NCBI GenBank assembly: GCA_000165345.1 | Contig: CM000429.1 | Span: 192,001-256,000 of the forward strand | Length of the DNA: 64,000 nt | Reading direction: 5' to 3' | Shown: in pieces, positions 1 through 10,771 of the stretch | Layout: each line of letters begins with the position of its first letter | How positions within the stretch are numbered: position 1 is the stretch's first letter | Made by a program: the position numbers and the translations under genes | The notes under the pieces: model-generated | What the model was told of the DNA's origin: nothing | Databases searched by the model: none | The model's input: the letters and a program-made list of their open reading frames with translations, nothing else

Positions 1-3000
1 AGAAGTACAGAACAAGAAGTTGCTACTCTTCAACAAGAACTTGGTGAAAAAGAAAAGATATTAATAGCTAAAAATGTTGAAGCAGAACAAAAAATGCAAC
101 AAATGATTAAAGAACAAGGAGAAGCTGAAGAAAAGAAGAAAACTACAGAAACTTTAGCAAAATCATTAGATGAACAACAAAAAGTAATAGCTGAAAGATC
201 AAGTGAAGTAGAAATACAATTAAAAGATGTTGAACCAATACTTAGAGAAGCAGAAAATGCTGTTTCAAATATTCCAAAGAAGAATTTGGATGAATTAAGA
301 TCAATGGCAAATCCTCCTGGTCTTGTTAAGAAGACGATTGATGCTGTTGCAATATTACTTACAAATAATTCAACAAAACCTCAAGCGTGGGAAGAGAGTA
401 GAAAATTACTCAAGAGTTCAGATTTTATTACAAAAGTATTAAATTTTGATTCAAATACAATAACTTTAAAAACTATGCAAAGATTACAAAAAGAATATTT
501 AGAATCACCAGAATGGGATACAGAAAAAATTAATAGAGCAAGTCATGCAGCTGGTCCTTTATCTTCATGGGTATCGAGTATATTACAATATTCATTAATA
601 AGTGAAAAAGTACAACCATTAAAAACAGAGATTAGTCAATTAGAAAAATCAAAATTAGAGAATGAAAAGGGATTAGAAGCAGCTCAAAAATTGGTTGGTG
701 AATTACAAGAACGTATAGATGTTTATAAGAAAGAATATGCAGAATTAATATCTCAAGTACAATTAATAAAAAGAGAAAAAGATCTTGTAACAAATAAAGT
801 AGAAAGAAGTATAAGATTATTAGGTAATTTAACAACAGAACAAGATAGATGGAGAGAAGCTAAGGAAGGATTTAAGACAGAATTTTCAAATATTATGGGA
901 GATTGTCTTTTATCAGCAGCATTTATATGTTTTGCAGGAGGTTTAGATCAGATTTTAAGATCACATTATATAAAATTATGGCAAGAGATTTTGGATGAAT
1001 TTCAATTATCACATACAAATGCTAATACTTTTAAGATTGTTGATTATTTATCAAAACCAAATGAAAGATTATTATGGCAAAGTTATGGTTTATCAAATGA
1101 TGATTTAAGTGTAGAAAATGCAATAATAATAAAGAGACATATTCGATACCCATTTATAATAGATCCATCAGGATATGCAACAAGTTTTCTATTAGAGATG
1201 AATAAGCATAGTAATAGTAATGCAAATCAAGGGAAAGGAGGAGGTAAACTTCAGACAAGTACTTTTTCTGATTCAAATTTTCCAAAATTATTAGAATCAT
1301 CATTAAGATTTGGTTCATCATTATTAATTCAAGATGTAGGATCATCATTAGATCCTTTAATATATAATGTATTAAATCAAGAAATTCATTTACATGGAGG
1401 AAGATCATTAATAACAGTAGGAGATAGTGAGGTTGATTTTTCTCCTCATTTTAGAGTTTATTTAACAACTCAAGATCCAACAATCCAATATGGTCCAGAT
1501 CTAACAAGTAGGGTAACGATGGTAAATTTTACTGTAACACCAACATCACTTTTAGAACAGAGTAGAAATATTATTTTGAAAGAATTACGTCCAGATATTG
1601 ATAAGAAAAGAACAGATTTACTTAGATTACATGGTGAATATCGTGTACAATTAAGAGAATGTGAAGATAATTTGTTATTAGCTTTATCAAATGTGAAGGG
1701 TAATATTTTAGAAGATGAGACAATTATTAATACATTAGAAGTACTTAAAAAGAAAGCTCAAGATATACAAATAGAGACAGCAAAAATGGAGAATACTATG
1801 GAACATATAGATCAAGTACTTACTCATTTACTTCCATTATCATTAACAGCAACAAGAATTTACTTTACTTTACAACATTTATCATCAATTAGTCCAATAT
1901 ATCAATATGATCTTGAATTTTTTAATAGAATACTATATGGAGTATTAGAAAGAAATAAATCAAAGATTAATTCAAATTCAAGTGATAATGGAGGAGATCA
2001 TGAAGGAGATAATGGAGAAGAAAGTAGTAATAATAATATAGAATTTGATCACAAGATACAAAAGATTATAATCTTAGATCTATTGCATGAAGCATATTTA
2101 AGAGTTGCTCAAGGTTTATTACATAATGATAGAATAGTATTTGGATTACATTTGATGAGAATTTATATTGAATCATATTGTAATCTTTCTTTAGATAATT
2201 TAATGGGAAAAGAAATTGATCTTTTAACAAAATCAGCATCAGCAATCAATATATCAAGTTCAAGATCTTCTTCTTCAAATAACAATATATTGGATTCTAT
2301 ACCAAAATCTTTTGGATTAGATCGAGAACAAATGAATCAACTTTCTGTAATGATTTCATCAATTAAATCGTTTTCTAAACTTTGTGAATCATTTAATTCA
2401 AATAAAAATGAATGGGAGCAATTAATGATTTCAACAGAACCTGAAGTAATATTAGATACCTTAGGTACCGGTATATGGGATGATCAGGAATTATTAGATT
2501 CAATATTCAATAATGATGATAATAATAATAATCAGATGAATTCTGAAGAATTTAATGAGAAGAGAGAAATATTAAAGAACTTTAAAAAAGGTGTATTAAA
2601 ATGTTTATTATTAAAGATTATTCGTCCTGATCGTATTGTTACTTTATTTAACAAGTTAATATCAGATACATTAGGATCTGAATTTTCTAATATCAGTGAA
2701 TTTTCTAAGGATTTACTTAAAGAGATTGTTTTGAAGCAAATAACTGAAATAACACCAATATTATTTGTAACTTCACCAGGTTTTGATGCTTCTTTGGTGG
2801 TTTCTCAATTAGCAAATGAACAGAATTCGAATTTACTTTCTATTGCAATAGGATCAGCAGAAAGTTTAGAAAAAGCTGAATCATCAATTAAGACAGCAAT
2901 GAGAAAAGGTACATGGGTTATGTTAAAAAATGTTCATTTATCTTCAGGTAATTTGGATTATTTGGAACAATTACTTCAAAATCGTCAAAATAGACCAAAT

Positions 3001-4974
3001 AAAGGATTTAGATTATTTTTAGCAACAGAATTACCAAAAAAGATTTTGAATCCAAGTCATAAAGATTCAGTTATTGGTGCATCATTTAATACATCAGATT
3101 CTTCATCAGGTTCATTATCACCACTTGGTATATCATTTAATTTAATTCGTATTTCAATGACAATAGTACTTGAATCTCCTGTTGGACTTAAAGCAGCATT
3201 ACAAAGAGCAAGTGAGATTACTATTAAGACTGTGGATGATTCTCAATCTTCTTCAACAATAAGAATAAAATTATACTTTTTATTAGCATTTTTACATTCA
3301 GTAATATTAGAAAGAAAAAGATATACACCATTAGGATGGACAAAGTTTTATGATTTTAGTGAAGCAGATCTTCAATGTTGTATTAATATAGTAAATCAAT
3401 GGACAATAACAAATATATCAGGAGATCCTGAACAGATTCCATGGGAAGCAGTACGTAAATTAGTATCACAAGTAGCATATGGAGGAAGATTGGATAATAT
3501 TGTAGATAAACAGATTTTATATATATTAATAGATGAGATTTTATCATCAAAATCATTTGAAGATGGATCAGAATTAATAAGTTGTACAAGTGAATGGAAT
3601 AAATTATATAGAAATGATCAAATAAAGCCAAATATTTTATTAGCTCCAGATACATCTAAAAAAGTTCAGAATTATTTGGATTGGGTAGAAAAATTATCAA
3701 GTACAAATTGGCCAACTTGGCTTGGGTTATCTCCTTTAGCAGAGAATGTGATTTCAGCACAAAAAGGACAAAAGATGAGTTTAAATTGGAGTGTATTAAT
3801 AATTAGATCAAGAAATGAAACACCAGATTTGATCCCAAAAGATAAAGGTAATATGATTACAAATATAGAAGAAAATGAAGAATTAATGGGAGATGGAGGA
3901 TTATCAGGAGGAGGAAATAATAAGATAGAACAAGAAGAGGCATTAAAATCAGATACAACAGGAATACCAAGTTGGTTATTAAAGATTAGTGGAAAATTAA
4001 CAAAAATGGAGAATAGCTTAAGAATATTTTCAGAATATATAATAAAGAATTCAAGAAATATTATAGAATATTCAGAGAATAATAGTTTGGATCCAATATT
4101 AAGATATTATGTTTCAGAGATTTCGAAATTCTATAGAGGATTTAAAAATATTTGGGAAAACATTCATGAATTATTAAATATTCTTGGAGGTGAATCAAAA
4201 CTAACAAATAATTTAAGAAGTATAGGATTAAGTATACAATCAGATTTAGTACCAGATTTATGGCTAAAATTATTACCAATATTACTTTATTCATTAGATA
4301 TTTGGCTTTCAGATTTGATTCGAAAACTTTCACAGAATTGTTTATTAATTTCAAGTATATGTAAGAAATTGGATATAAAAGTAATAGAAGGAGGAGAAGA
4401 TTCAAGTAAGATGGATATTTTCTTATCAAATGTATTAATATCATCACCAGGAATAAAGAAGATTGGATTAAAAACAATTTGGGTAGGAGGAGTATGTGAT
4501 CCAGGAGCTTTCTTTACAGCAAGTAAACAATATGCAGCAAAGAGATTTGGATGTAGTTATAATGATATAGTTCCAAGAATAATATCAATAGGAGAAATGG
4601 TGGAAAATGAGAATGAAGATGGAGATGAGGCAAAATTTGTATTAGGAGGATTAACAGCAGTAGCTTTAGAATGGAAACAAGAATCAAAATTATTTGAATT
4701 AAGTACAGAAAAGGCAGTATCTGAAGTTCCTCCCATATTAGTAGAATGGATAAAGGGAGATTTAGATATGATTACAAATCATAATATTTCTGACAACAAT
4801 TATGAATTGAATATAATTCCTCAAAATTCTTTGGATAATTCGATTGCAATTCCAATATTTAAAGATTCAAACAGATCGCAAATATTGATGTGGATAAATG
4901 TTCCAGCAAAAGCAAATGAGAACATTAAACAATGGAGACTTGCTTCAACTTCATTAATTTTATGGAAGGGATAA
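1..4974 (+). CDS. Dynein heavy chain, C-terminal ~1650 aa (stalk coiled-coil/MTBD, AAA5-AAA6, C-terminal domain). It is 5'-partial: the frame is open from base 1.
   Basis: Frame 1 is open from nt 1 through the TAA at 4972-4974. It contains the coiled-coil stalk and an ANPP motif typical of the dynein stalk/MTBD region, then large AAA-like blocks. At 1626+ aa with no stop, this is far beyond chance in 70% AT DNA. Confidence 0.88.
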   Translation, partial: RSTEQEVATLQQELGEKEKILIAKNVEAEQKMQQMIKEQGEAEEKKKTTETLAKSLDEQQKVIAERSSEVEIQLKDVEPILREAENAVSNIPKKNLDELRSMANPPGLVKKTIDAVAILLTNNSTKPQAWEESRKLLKSSDFITKVLNFDSNTITLKTMQRLQKEYLESPEWDTEKINRASHAAGPLSSWVSSILQYSLISEKVQPLKTEISQLEKSKLENEKGLEAAQKLVGELQERIDVYKKEYAELISQVQLIKREKDLVTNKVERSIRLLGNLTTEQDRWREAKEGFKTEFSNIMGDCLLSAAFICFAGGLDQILRSHYIKLWQEILDEFQLSHTNANTFKIVDYLSKPNERLLWQSYGLSNDDLSVENAIIIKRHIRYPFIIDPSGYATSFLLEMNKHSNSNANQGKGGGKLQTSTFSDSNFPKLLESSLRFGSSLLIQDVGSSLDPLIYNVLNQEIHLHGGRSLITVGDSEVDFSPHFRVYLTTQDPTIQYGPDLTSRVTMVNFTVTPTSLLEQSRNIILKELRPDIDKKRTDLLRLHGEYRVQLRECEDNLLLALSNVKGNILEDETIINTLEVLKKKAQDIQIETAKMENTMEHIDQVLTHLLPLSLTATRIYFTLQHLSSISPIYQYDLEFFNRILYGVLERNKSKINSNSSDNGGDHEGDNGEESSNNNIEFDHKIQKIIILDLLHEAYLRVAQGLLHNDRIVFGLHLMRIYIESYCNLSLDNLMGKEIDLLTKSASAINISSSRSSSSNNNILDSIPKSFGLDREQMNQLSVMISSIKSFSKLCESFNSNKNEWEQLMISTEPEVILDTLGTGIWDDQELLDSIFNNDDNNNNQMNSEEFNEKREILKNFKKGVLKCLLLKIIRPDRIVTLFNKLISDTLGSEFSNISEFSKDLLKEIVLKQITEITPILFVTSPGFDASLVVSQLANEQNSNLLSIAIGSAESLEKAESSIKTAMRKGTWVMLKNVHLSSGNLDYLEQLLQNRQNRPNKGFRLFLATELPKKILNPSHKDSVIGASFNTSDSSSGSLSPLGISFNLIRISMTIVLESPVGLKAALQRASEITIKTVDDSQSSSTIRIKLYFLLAFLHSVILERKRYTPLGWTKFYDFSEADLQCCINIVNQWTITNISGDPEQIPWEAVRKLVSQVAYGGRLDNIVDKQILYILIDEILSSKSFEDGSELISCTSEWNKLYRNDQIKPNILLAPDTSKKVQNYLDWVEKLSSTNWPTWLGLSPLAENVISAQKGQKMSLNWSVLIIRSRNETPDLIPKDKGNMITNIEENEELMGDGGLSGGGNNKIEQEEALKSDTTGIPSWLLKISGKLTKMENSLRIFSEYIIKNSRNIIEYSENNSLDPILRYYVSEISKFYRGFKNIWENIHELLNILGGESKLTNNLRSIGLSIQSDLVPDLWLKLLPILLYSLDIWLSDLIRKLSQNCLLISSICKKLDIKVIEGGEDSSKMDIFLSNVLISSPGIKKIGLKTIWVGGVCDPGAFFTASKQYAAKRFGCSYNDIVPRIISIGEMVENENEDGDEAKFVLGGLTAVALEWKQESKLFELSTEKAVSEVPPILVEWIKGDLDMITNHNISDNNYELNIIPQNSLDNSIAIPIFKDSNRSQILMWINVPAKANENIKQWRLASTSLILWKG

Positions 4975-4997
4975 AAGTTTGGAAATGGGTGGAATTT

Positions 4998-5066
4998 GCG
5001 TCAAGTGCATGCACGAGACGGCGCGCGGTGGTCTGCATGCATGCCGGTAAAAATGGGTACCGTAGG
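4998..5066. promoter_or_regulatory. GC-rich island in the convergent spacer between the dynein 3' end and the phosphatase 3' end. It holds GCATGC at 5007-5012, a GCATGCATGCCGGTA run at 5035-5050, and GGTACC.
   Basis: Seen directly: gcgtcaagtgcatgcacgagacggcgcgcggtggtctgcatgcatgccggtaaaaatgggtaccg. This is a local GC spike in otherwise AT-rich DNA. Confidence 0.4.
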
Positions 5067-5212
5067 TAATAATAATTGTTGATAAGAGAGAAGAAAGGAA
5101 ATAAGAGGTGGAGAATTGTTGTAAATGTTATTATTTTAAATATAAGAATAAAATACTTACATTTTAATTTTAATCTACTTATGTATTATTTGTATGATTG
5201 ATTGATAATTGA

Positions 5213-7570
5213 CTATTGATAGAAATAGTTCCAAAAACTGTTAGATTCTTCACCTTCGAACTCAAAGTAAATAGAACTGATTTCTTTTATACTCAATTTT
5301 GAATTGTTTCTAATTAGTAGAATTAAAAGTTGGGTAATATCTAACTCGAAATGATGATTATTAATTTGTTCATTGAGGTTAGTTTTCTCATAATCCTTTA
5401 AACTTTGATTTTCAGCAGTACTTAATATTAATGAAGATACATCTGCATGGTTATGACTATCATTTCCTTGAAAATGTTCGGAAAGAATTTGTTTGGCTTG
5501 ATTAAAGTACGTAGTCTTAGATCCAATCCAAAGATAAACCATAATGTTTTTAATAGGATTTTTTTCTAAGGGTGAAAGTGGGAGATTGGTTTGTTCTTTG
5601 TCTTTTTCTTTTTCTTTATCTTTTCTCTGTTCTTCTTGTTTCTTTTTCTGTTCTTCTTTTTCTTTATTTTTTTGTTCATCTGAAGTGATTTCTCCAATGA
5701 TAATGAGAGGACAGACTGAGGTAGGAAGAAGATCCTCAGAATCAAAAAAGCGAAGAGACTCTGATCCAAAATAATCTGGAAATCTAAATAATAAAACTTT
5801 CATTCTTCCACTATCTAAAGTACTGTGGCAATCCTCATTCATAGAAAGATTTTCTTGAGATATAGAACTTCTTTTTGAGTAGCTGCTATTATTAAAACAG
5901 AAAACCTCTTCCTGGAAAAAATGTATTGAATGTTGCTTCTTTACAGGAGCAGAATCTTCTTTAGTAGAAAATGAATGAACTTTTAAGTCTTTCATTTCTG
6001 ACTCTTGTGACTGAGAATGATCTTCCAAAGATTTATCTCCACCTTTGAAAGCAAAATTCAACTTTGGTATCACAACTTTACCAAAAGTCAAAGGACAACT
6101 TTCAATTTCTCTACTTTCCTTTTCCAGAAGATTATCTCTTGAGTAGATAATTCTCCGAGAATCTAATGAAAAATGATGTTGGTTGATTCGTCCCATTTCT
6201 TTAATAGATTCTGTATCAGAGCTTTTGAAATTATCAGGTGAATTTTTTGAAGGAATTGGAGATCCATTTGAAGACGGAAAAGAAGAAAAGTATGGCAAAG
6301 ACTCGTCCAAAGATATTAAAGATGATAACTCTGAGCTTGATTGAGAATCTGAACTCAATCTATCTATTTGGTTGTAATTTCTTTCATTATTATCAACCCC
6401 AACATCTTCGGCCTCATCTTCGACATCATTCTCATAATCCAAAATAATGGCATTTTTGGAAATACTTTTTATCGATGGAGAGGAAAATGACCTTTGTATT
6501 ACGTCATAGGAATTACATAAATGCAAATCTGTTGGCGCCAGAATTTGCATGAATTCCCCGCTCTCTGAGAATTCGTGAAAGTATTCGAGAATAATGGTGG
6601 AAGAAAGGATATTTGTAATACATTCAGAGGCTGAATTTCGGTCATCTGCAAGAGCTCCAATTATCAAGTCTGCTCTGATTTCTAAGTTTTCCAGCTCTAA
6701 AGATGAGTCATATCCTATTTCGATTTTGAGAATTTGTCTGCAAAACCTCAAAACCGCTAGAATTGACTCCCTAACGCCCTCATTAACTTGGCTTCCAATC
6801 CAAATCCAAAGTTTCTCACGACGAATAGAGTCTGCTTCCTCTAGAAGACTTTGTCTTAATAGATAGATTTTATTTGAATTTAGACTAAATTTATTACTTC
6901 CGTCCCCTTTCCAATGAATTAACGAAACTGGAATGCCATGTTTAGATATATAGTAAATCTTTGAAGAAGTAATCCAATGTTTCTTTCCAAGATGGTCTAT
7001 TGAAGGAAGCTCAGCTTTTTCTCCCCCTCCTTCTTCTTTTTCATCCCTAGTTGGAATCCCAAATTTTACCAAACTCAGAGCTTTCTGAAATAATAATAGC
7101 TGATAAGTAAACCCAATATTTGGACTTGAAGTGCCCCTTCTTTCTCTTACATATTCTGAAGCATCATTAAAGCTTTTATTATATTTCCACATTAAATAAC
7201 CGATTACTATACTAGAGGATCTAGAAACACCCTCTTGACAATGTACATATATCCTGTTTTCATTGCTTTCCTTGAATTTTGCATCAATCCATTCAATACT
7301 ATCATAAAGCACTCCTTCAATGCTTTCTTGAGGAGTATCCAAAACATAATAAGTCCTGTACTCTAGCTTATTTTGAAACACATTCTTGCAAACATCTCCT
7401 GAAACATTAATTATATGCGTTATCTTGTTTTTTTCCAACTTATTCCAATCACAAGCTACCTGATATCCTCCGAGATACAGTCTACCTTCAATTATCTCAC
7501 TACAAACTGTTCTATACCTTTTAATTATATTCAAACGTTCATTCGTTAGCATATTAACTTTTTCCCCCAA
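5213..7570 (-). CDS. Dual-specificity protein phosphatase. The DSP catalytic domain is N-terminal; the long C-terminal part is low-complexity and K/E-rich.
   Basis: A 785-aa ORF. It carries the active-site signature VHCQEGVSRSSSIVIGYLMW (HCxxGxxRS P-loop), preceded by a DSP-like fold (YLGGYQVA...). The C-terminus has KEKEEQKKKQEEQRKDKEKEK repeats. Confidence 0.8.
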   Translation of the reverse strand: MGEKVNMLTNERLNIIKRYRTVCSEIIEGRLYLGGYQVACDWNKLEKNKITHIINVSGDVCKNVFQNKLEYRTYYVLDTPQESIEGVLYDSIEWIDAKFKESNENRIYVHCQEGVSRSSSIVIGYLMWKYNKSFNDASEYVRERRGTSSPNIGFTYQLLLFQKALSLVKFGIPTRDEKEEGGGEKAELPSIDHLGKKHWITSSKIYYISKHGIPVSLIHWKGDGSNKFSLNSNKIYLLRQSLLEEADSIRREKLWIWIGSQVNEGVRESILAVLRFCRQILKIEIGYDSSLELENLEIRADLIIGALADDRNSASECITNILSSTIILEYFHEFSESGEFMQILAPTDLHLCNSYDVIQRSFSSPSIKSISKNAIILDYENDVEDEAEDVGVDNNERNYNQIDRLSSDSQSSSELSSLISLDESLPYFSSFPSSNGSPIPSKNSPDNFKSSDTESIKEMGRINQHHFSLDSRRIIYSRDNLLEKESREIESCPLTFGKVVIPKLNFAFKGGDKSLEDHSQSQESEMKDLKVHSFSTKEDSAPVKKQHSIHFFQEEVFCFNNSSYSKRSSISQENLSMNEDCHSTLDSGRMKVLLFRFPDYFGSESLRFFDSEDLLPTSVCPLIIIGEITSDEQKNKEKEEQKKKQEEQRKDKEKEKDKEQTNLPLSPLEKNPIKNIMVYLWIGSKTTYFNQAKQILSEHFQGNDSHNHADVSSLILSTAENQSLKDYEKTNLNEQINNHHFELDITQLLILLIRNNSKLSIKEISSIYFEFEGEESNSFWNYFYQ

Positions 7571-8001
7571 AAATCCAGAATACTTATTATACTAATTATC
7601 AACTTATCTGTGTTTTCTATTCCCAAAATCTCCTCCCCCCTATTCTCTTCCCTTATTTTCATCAAGCTCTCTTCTGAAAGCGATTTAAAAGAATCCTTTT
7701 TTCAAAAATAAAAATACCAAAAATAAACCCAAAAACTATATCAGATATTTTGTATTCGTTAAGTCTTATCAAGCCTTAATTATTTAATTGTTCGTTTCCC
7801 CCTCCCCTCCTTTTCCTTGGGCTTTTCCCTTGGAAGAAGAAAAAAATCTTTTAGCCAAAATAATACCTCGGAAACAATCTTCTTATTGCCACTAGATCTA
7901 TTATCTTTATCTATAATTTTGTGAAATTTCTCTCTTTTCCTTCCCTTAACCTATTATTTTCCACTTTTTTATCCAAAAAATTATCAAATCCTATTTTTCT
8001 A

Positions 8002-8092
8002 TTTTGGCGGGAAAGCATGCTTACAATTTTACGAGACTGCTTTCTATATGTGAGAAATAAGTTTTCATGTTTTTTTTAGTTTTGGCGGGAAG
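8002..8092. promoter_or_regulatory. Two E2F-like sites, TTTTGGCGGGAAAG (8002-8015) and TTTTGGCGGGAAG (8080-8092), plus GCATGC (8015-8020). They sit in the divergent spacer between the phosphatase (-) and the 8261 gene (+).
   Basis: Exact motif instances are seen in the sequence. From memory, TTTGGCGGGAAA and GCATGC are known over-represented upstream motifs in Cryptosporidium. Confidence 0.55.
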
Positions 8093-8260
8093 TTGGTTCA
8101 GAGCTAGAAAATAATTAAAAGTAATTGTGGGAAAACAAGAGAAAGTCTATGTATATTGAAGACTAAGTTATGGAAAGCAAAGGTGAACTTTTTTCTTTTT
8201 TTTGATGTCTCACTGTAATTTTTTATTGATTGATTTTGAATCCTAAGAAACCTGGAAATA

Positions 8261-9745
8261 ATGAAGGTGGAGACTACTCCTCAGGAACATAAAGGTAAAA
8301 TCAACTTGGATAAAGGTCAGCAATTGAGAATACTGTCATCTAATAGCCATAATGGCGGTGAACAGGCTTTGAGTCATAAAGTAAGAGAAAAACTAAGTTT
8401 GGAACAAGTTCAAAAGTTAAAAGACTTGTTAGTAAATAGAGAATATAGCCAAAGTCTTGAATTGTTGCTTGAATATTATTATAATGGATCCATTATTGAG
8501 AGTTGGATGGAGAGCTTAATTCCTGAGAAAATAAACTATAAATATGTAAACAATGAGCTCAAAGATTCTCCAGACTTTCACCTATATGATATTTCTGGGA
8601 TCATTATACTTAGCTATATAATCCATTGTTATATATGTAAGAACGATATTTTTGGAGCAATCCAATTAATCAAAAGCTTTGAGAGGGCTTGTTTTATTTT
8701 AAAGATTGGTGAAAATGATAAGAATCACCAATCAGATGTTGTAGATAACGTTAATTCGCATTTTATTTCATGGTGTAACTGTTTTTCAATTCGAGATGTA
8801 TTTCAAGAAAACAAAGGTATCATTAAACACGAATTAAGATCACGAAAGCATTTCCTAAAACTAATTGACATTTACTACTTTTTTAGGATACAAATAATCT
8901 TCTGGAAGTTAGCTATGTACAAAACTTATCATATTCCAAATGCTTCAGTATTCTTGCCTGAAAATAAACATGGCAAAGATCTGAGTGAGAATATTAAGAT
9001 TGAGGACTACTTTGTATTTTTTGACCAAGCAATTGATGAATTGTATGTGATCATTAATGAAATTGATTACATTTTAGAACTTTTCAAAGATTTTGATAAG
9101 CAAGTCACAAATAAATGGCTTCTCAAATATAAAGTAGTTCTTTTCATCCTTGTTGAGGCTTTAACCCTCAGAGACTACTATAATGAGGCTATACAAATTT
9201 TGAATGATTCAATGCAGAAACACTTTCCAGATGATATATCTTTGTATTCTTTGATTGCTAGAATATCCCTCCAATATGGGAACTTTCCTTTGGTTCACTC
9301 TACTCTAAATACTATTGAGGAACGCCTCCAACACCCAAAGCATAATACAAATTTTAATATTGCTCACTATAGATTTACTCTTGGACTATTAAATATGGCT
9401 CAGGATGATCCAGTTACTGCCTCCCTTAATTTCAATACTTCAGCTGCCTTGTATAAAGAACTTGCTATTAACTTTAACAAAGAATACTTACTTCCATGCA
9501 GTACTTCCTTCAACAATCTTTCTGTTGCTTCATTTTATTCAAGTAAGCTTCCCAATTCTGTATCCATTCTTGAGAACCAGATCTACAACCAAAACAACTT
9601 CTTTTTCAATTCCCAGCAACTTTTTGCTACCAACTTTAAGAATCTAAAAACTTTGTATCAGTTTTCATCCGATAAAGATAAGCTAATCAACGAGCTTAAA
9701 AAAATTTCCAAAAGCTCACTTAGATACTCAATCATGATTAATTAA
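8261..9745 (+). CDS. Hypothetical protein, 494 aa, no domain I can recognise.
   Basis: Long ATG-initiated ORF in AT-rich DNA, with promoter motifs just upstream. Composition is helical and hydrophobic-rich. No motif identified. Confidence 0.5.
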   Translation: MKVETTPQEHKGKINLDKGQQLRILSSNSHNGGEQALSHKVREKLSLEQVQKLKDLLVNREYSQSLELLLEYYYNGSIIESWMESLIPEKINYKYVNNELKDSPDFHLYDISGIIILSYIIHCYICKNDIFGAIQLIKSFERACFILKIGENDKNHQSDVVDNVNSHFISWCNCFSIRDVFQENKGIIKHELRSRKHFLKLIDIYYFFRIQIIFWKLAMYKTYHIPNASVFLPENKHGKDLSENIKIEDYFVFFDQAIDELYVIINEIDYILELFKDFDKQVTNKWLLKYKVVLFILVEALTLRDYYNEAIQILNDSMQKHFPDDISLYSLIARISLQYGNFPLVHSTLNTIEERLQHPKHNTNFNIAHYRFTLGLLNMAQDDPVTASLNFNTSAALYKELAINFNKEYLLPCSTSFNNLSVASFYSSKLPNSVSILENQIYNQNNFFFNSQQLFATNFKNLKTLYQFSSDKDKLINELKKISKSSLRYSIMIN

Positions 9746-9978
9746 TTTCTATGATTACCTTAAATACTTTTATAGCTAACATTTTAAAAATGCAAGACAA
9801 ATATAAACACCTTTGTTATGTCAACTTTAACTTTTTCTTACCCCTTTCCCTAATTATCGCAGCTGTTTTTATATCAATAATCTTGTTTGCATGCAATTTT
9901 ATGAACTAAGATTTCTTTTATGCCCCCACAACCACATGTTTCCTTTATGTGAATTTGAAAATCTATCTACACCACTTT

Positions 9979-10167
9979 TTATACTAAATCCAACTCTTTT
10001 CTCTTTAGGTCATTATTTTTAGTTTTTTGTCCAAAAGGGTTTATAAATCTATCCATTTTGAACCACTCTTTATTGTAATACCTAAATAAGTCTGACTTTA
10101 TTCTCTTCCAGCTCTCTACTTTTGGGTACAAATAACTAATAAATGTGTTATCAGAATTCAACAACAT
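9979..10167 (-). CDS. Possible small protein (62 aa), unassigned.
   Basis: Only an ATG-initiated 62-codon ORF in an otherwise gene-free 1-kb spacer. Weak. Confidence 0.2.
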   Translation of the reverse strand: MLLNSDNTFISYLYPKVESWKRIKSDLFRYYNKEWFKMDRFINPFGQKTKNNDLKRKELDLV

Positions 10168-10771
10168 CTTCTAGATCTTCCCAAATCTTTCAAATTATTA
10201 AGCTCCTATATTATATTTTTATATTTATCTATATATTTATCTTCTTTGAATTCACGCTCTTCATTTTATTTTTCAGTCCAAAGCTGAATTGTTGCATGCA
10301 AATTTTACTCGCATGAGCCCGCCTTTCCAATAATTTGTAAAGCCCCCATGTCTCTTATTAAAAAAAAAAATGAATCAAATTCAAAATTAATATCAAAATA
10401 GAATTTTGACAAAAAAATTATTATTTTTGATTGTTTAGTATGTTCACACTTAATTAATCTTAGTGTGAAGTCTTTCTGTTATCATTTTACCCTTGCATTT
10501 ATTTTTTTTTTTTTTTGAAAATTTATGTTTAAATTACGTTGATTTTCTGTATGTTTGAGCGGGCTCAATAAGTTTATTTATAATAATAAATTGCAATGTT
10601 ATTAATAATATTTGAAATAACTATTTGAGGTAACGGGATATATAATGGACGGAAAATTATTATAAGAGAAAATATTATTATCATCATTAATATTATTGAG
10701 AATTAATTGAGCGTTGTTTGGAGAAAATTGAATCTAAAATTTGACTTAAAACCACAAGTTGATAAGGAAAG

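Noticed and set aside
632-4477. Small minus-strand ORFs (632..835, 1154..1408, 3383..3655, 4142..4477) listed inside the dynein gene
   Set aside because: They are antisense frames of a long, clearly coding gene. Their leucine/isoleucine-rich, low-complexity translations are typical of AT-rich antisense noise.
5544-6866. Plus-strand ORFs 5544..5774, 6238..6447, 6594..6866 and minus 5566..5769 inside the phosphatase gene
   Set aside because: These overlap the 785-aa phosphatase ORF in other frames. The K/E- and S/F-rich translations come from the low-complexity repeat region, not from independent genes.
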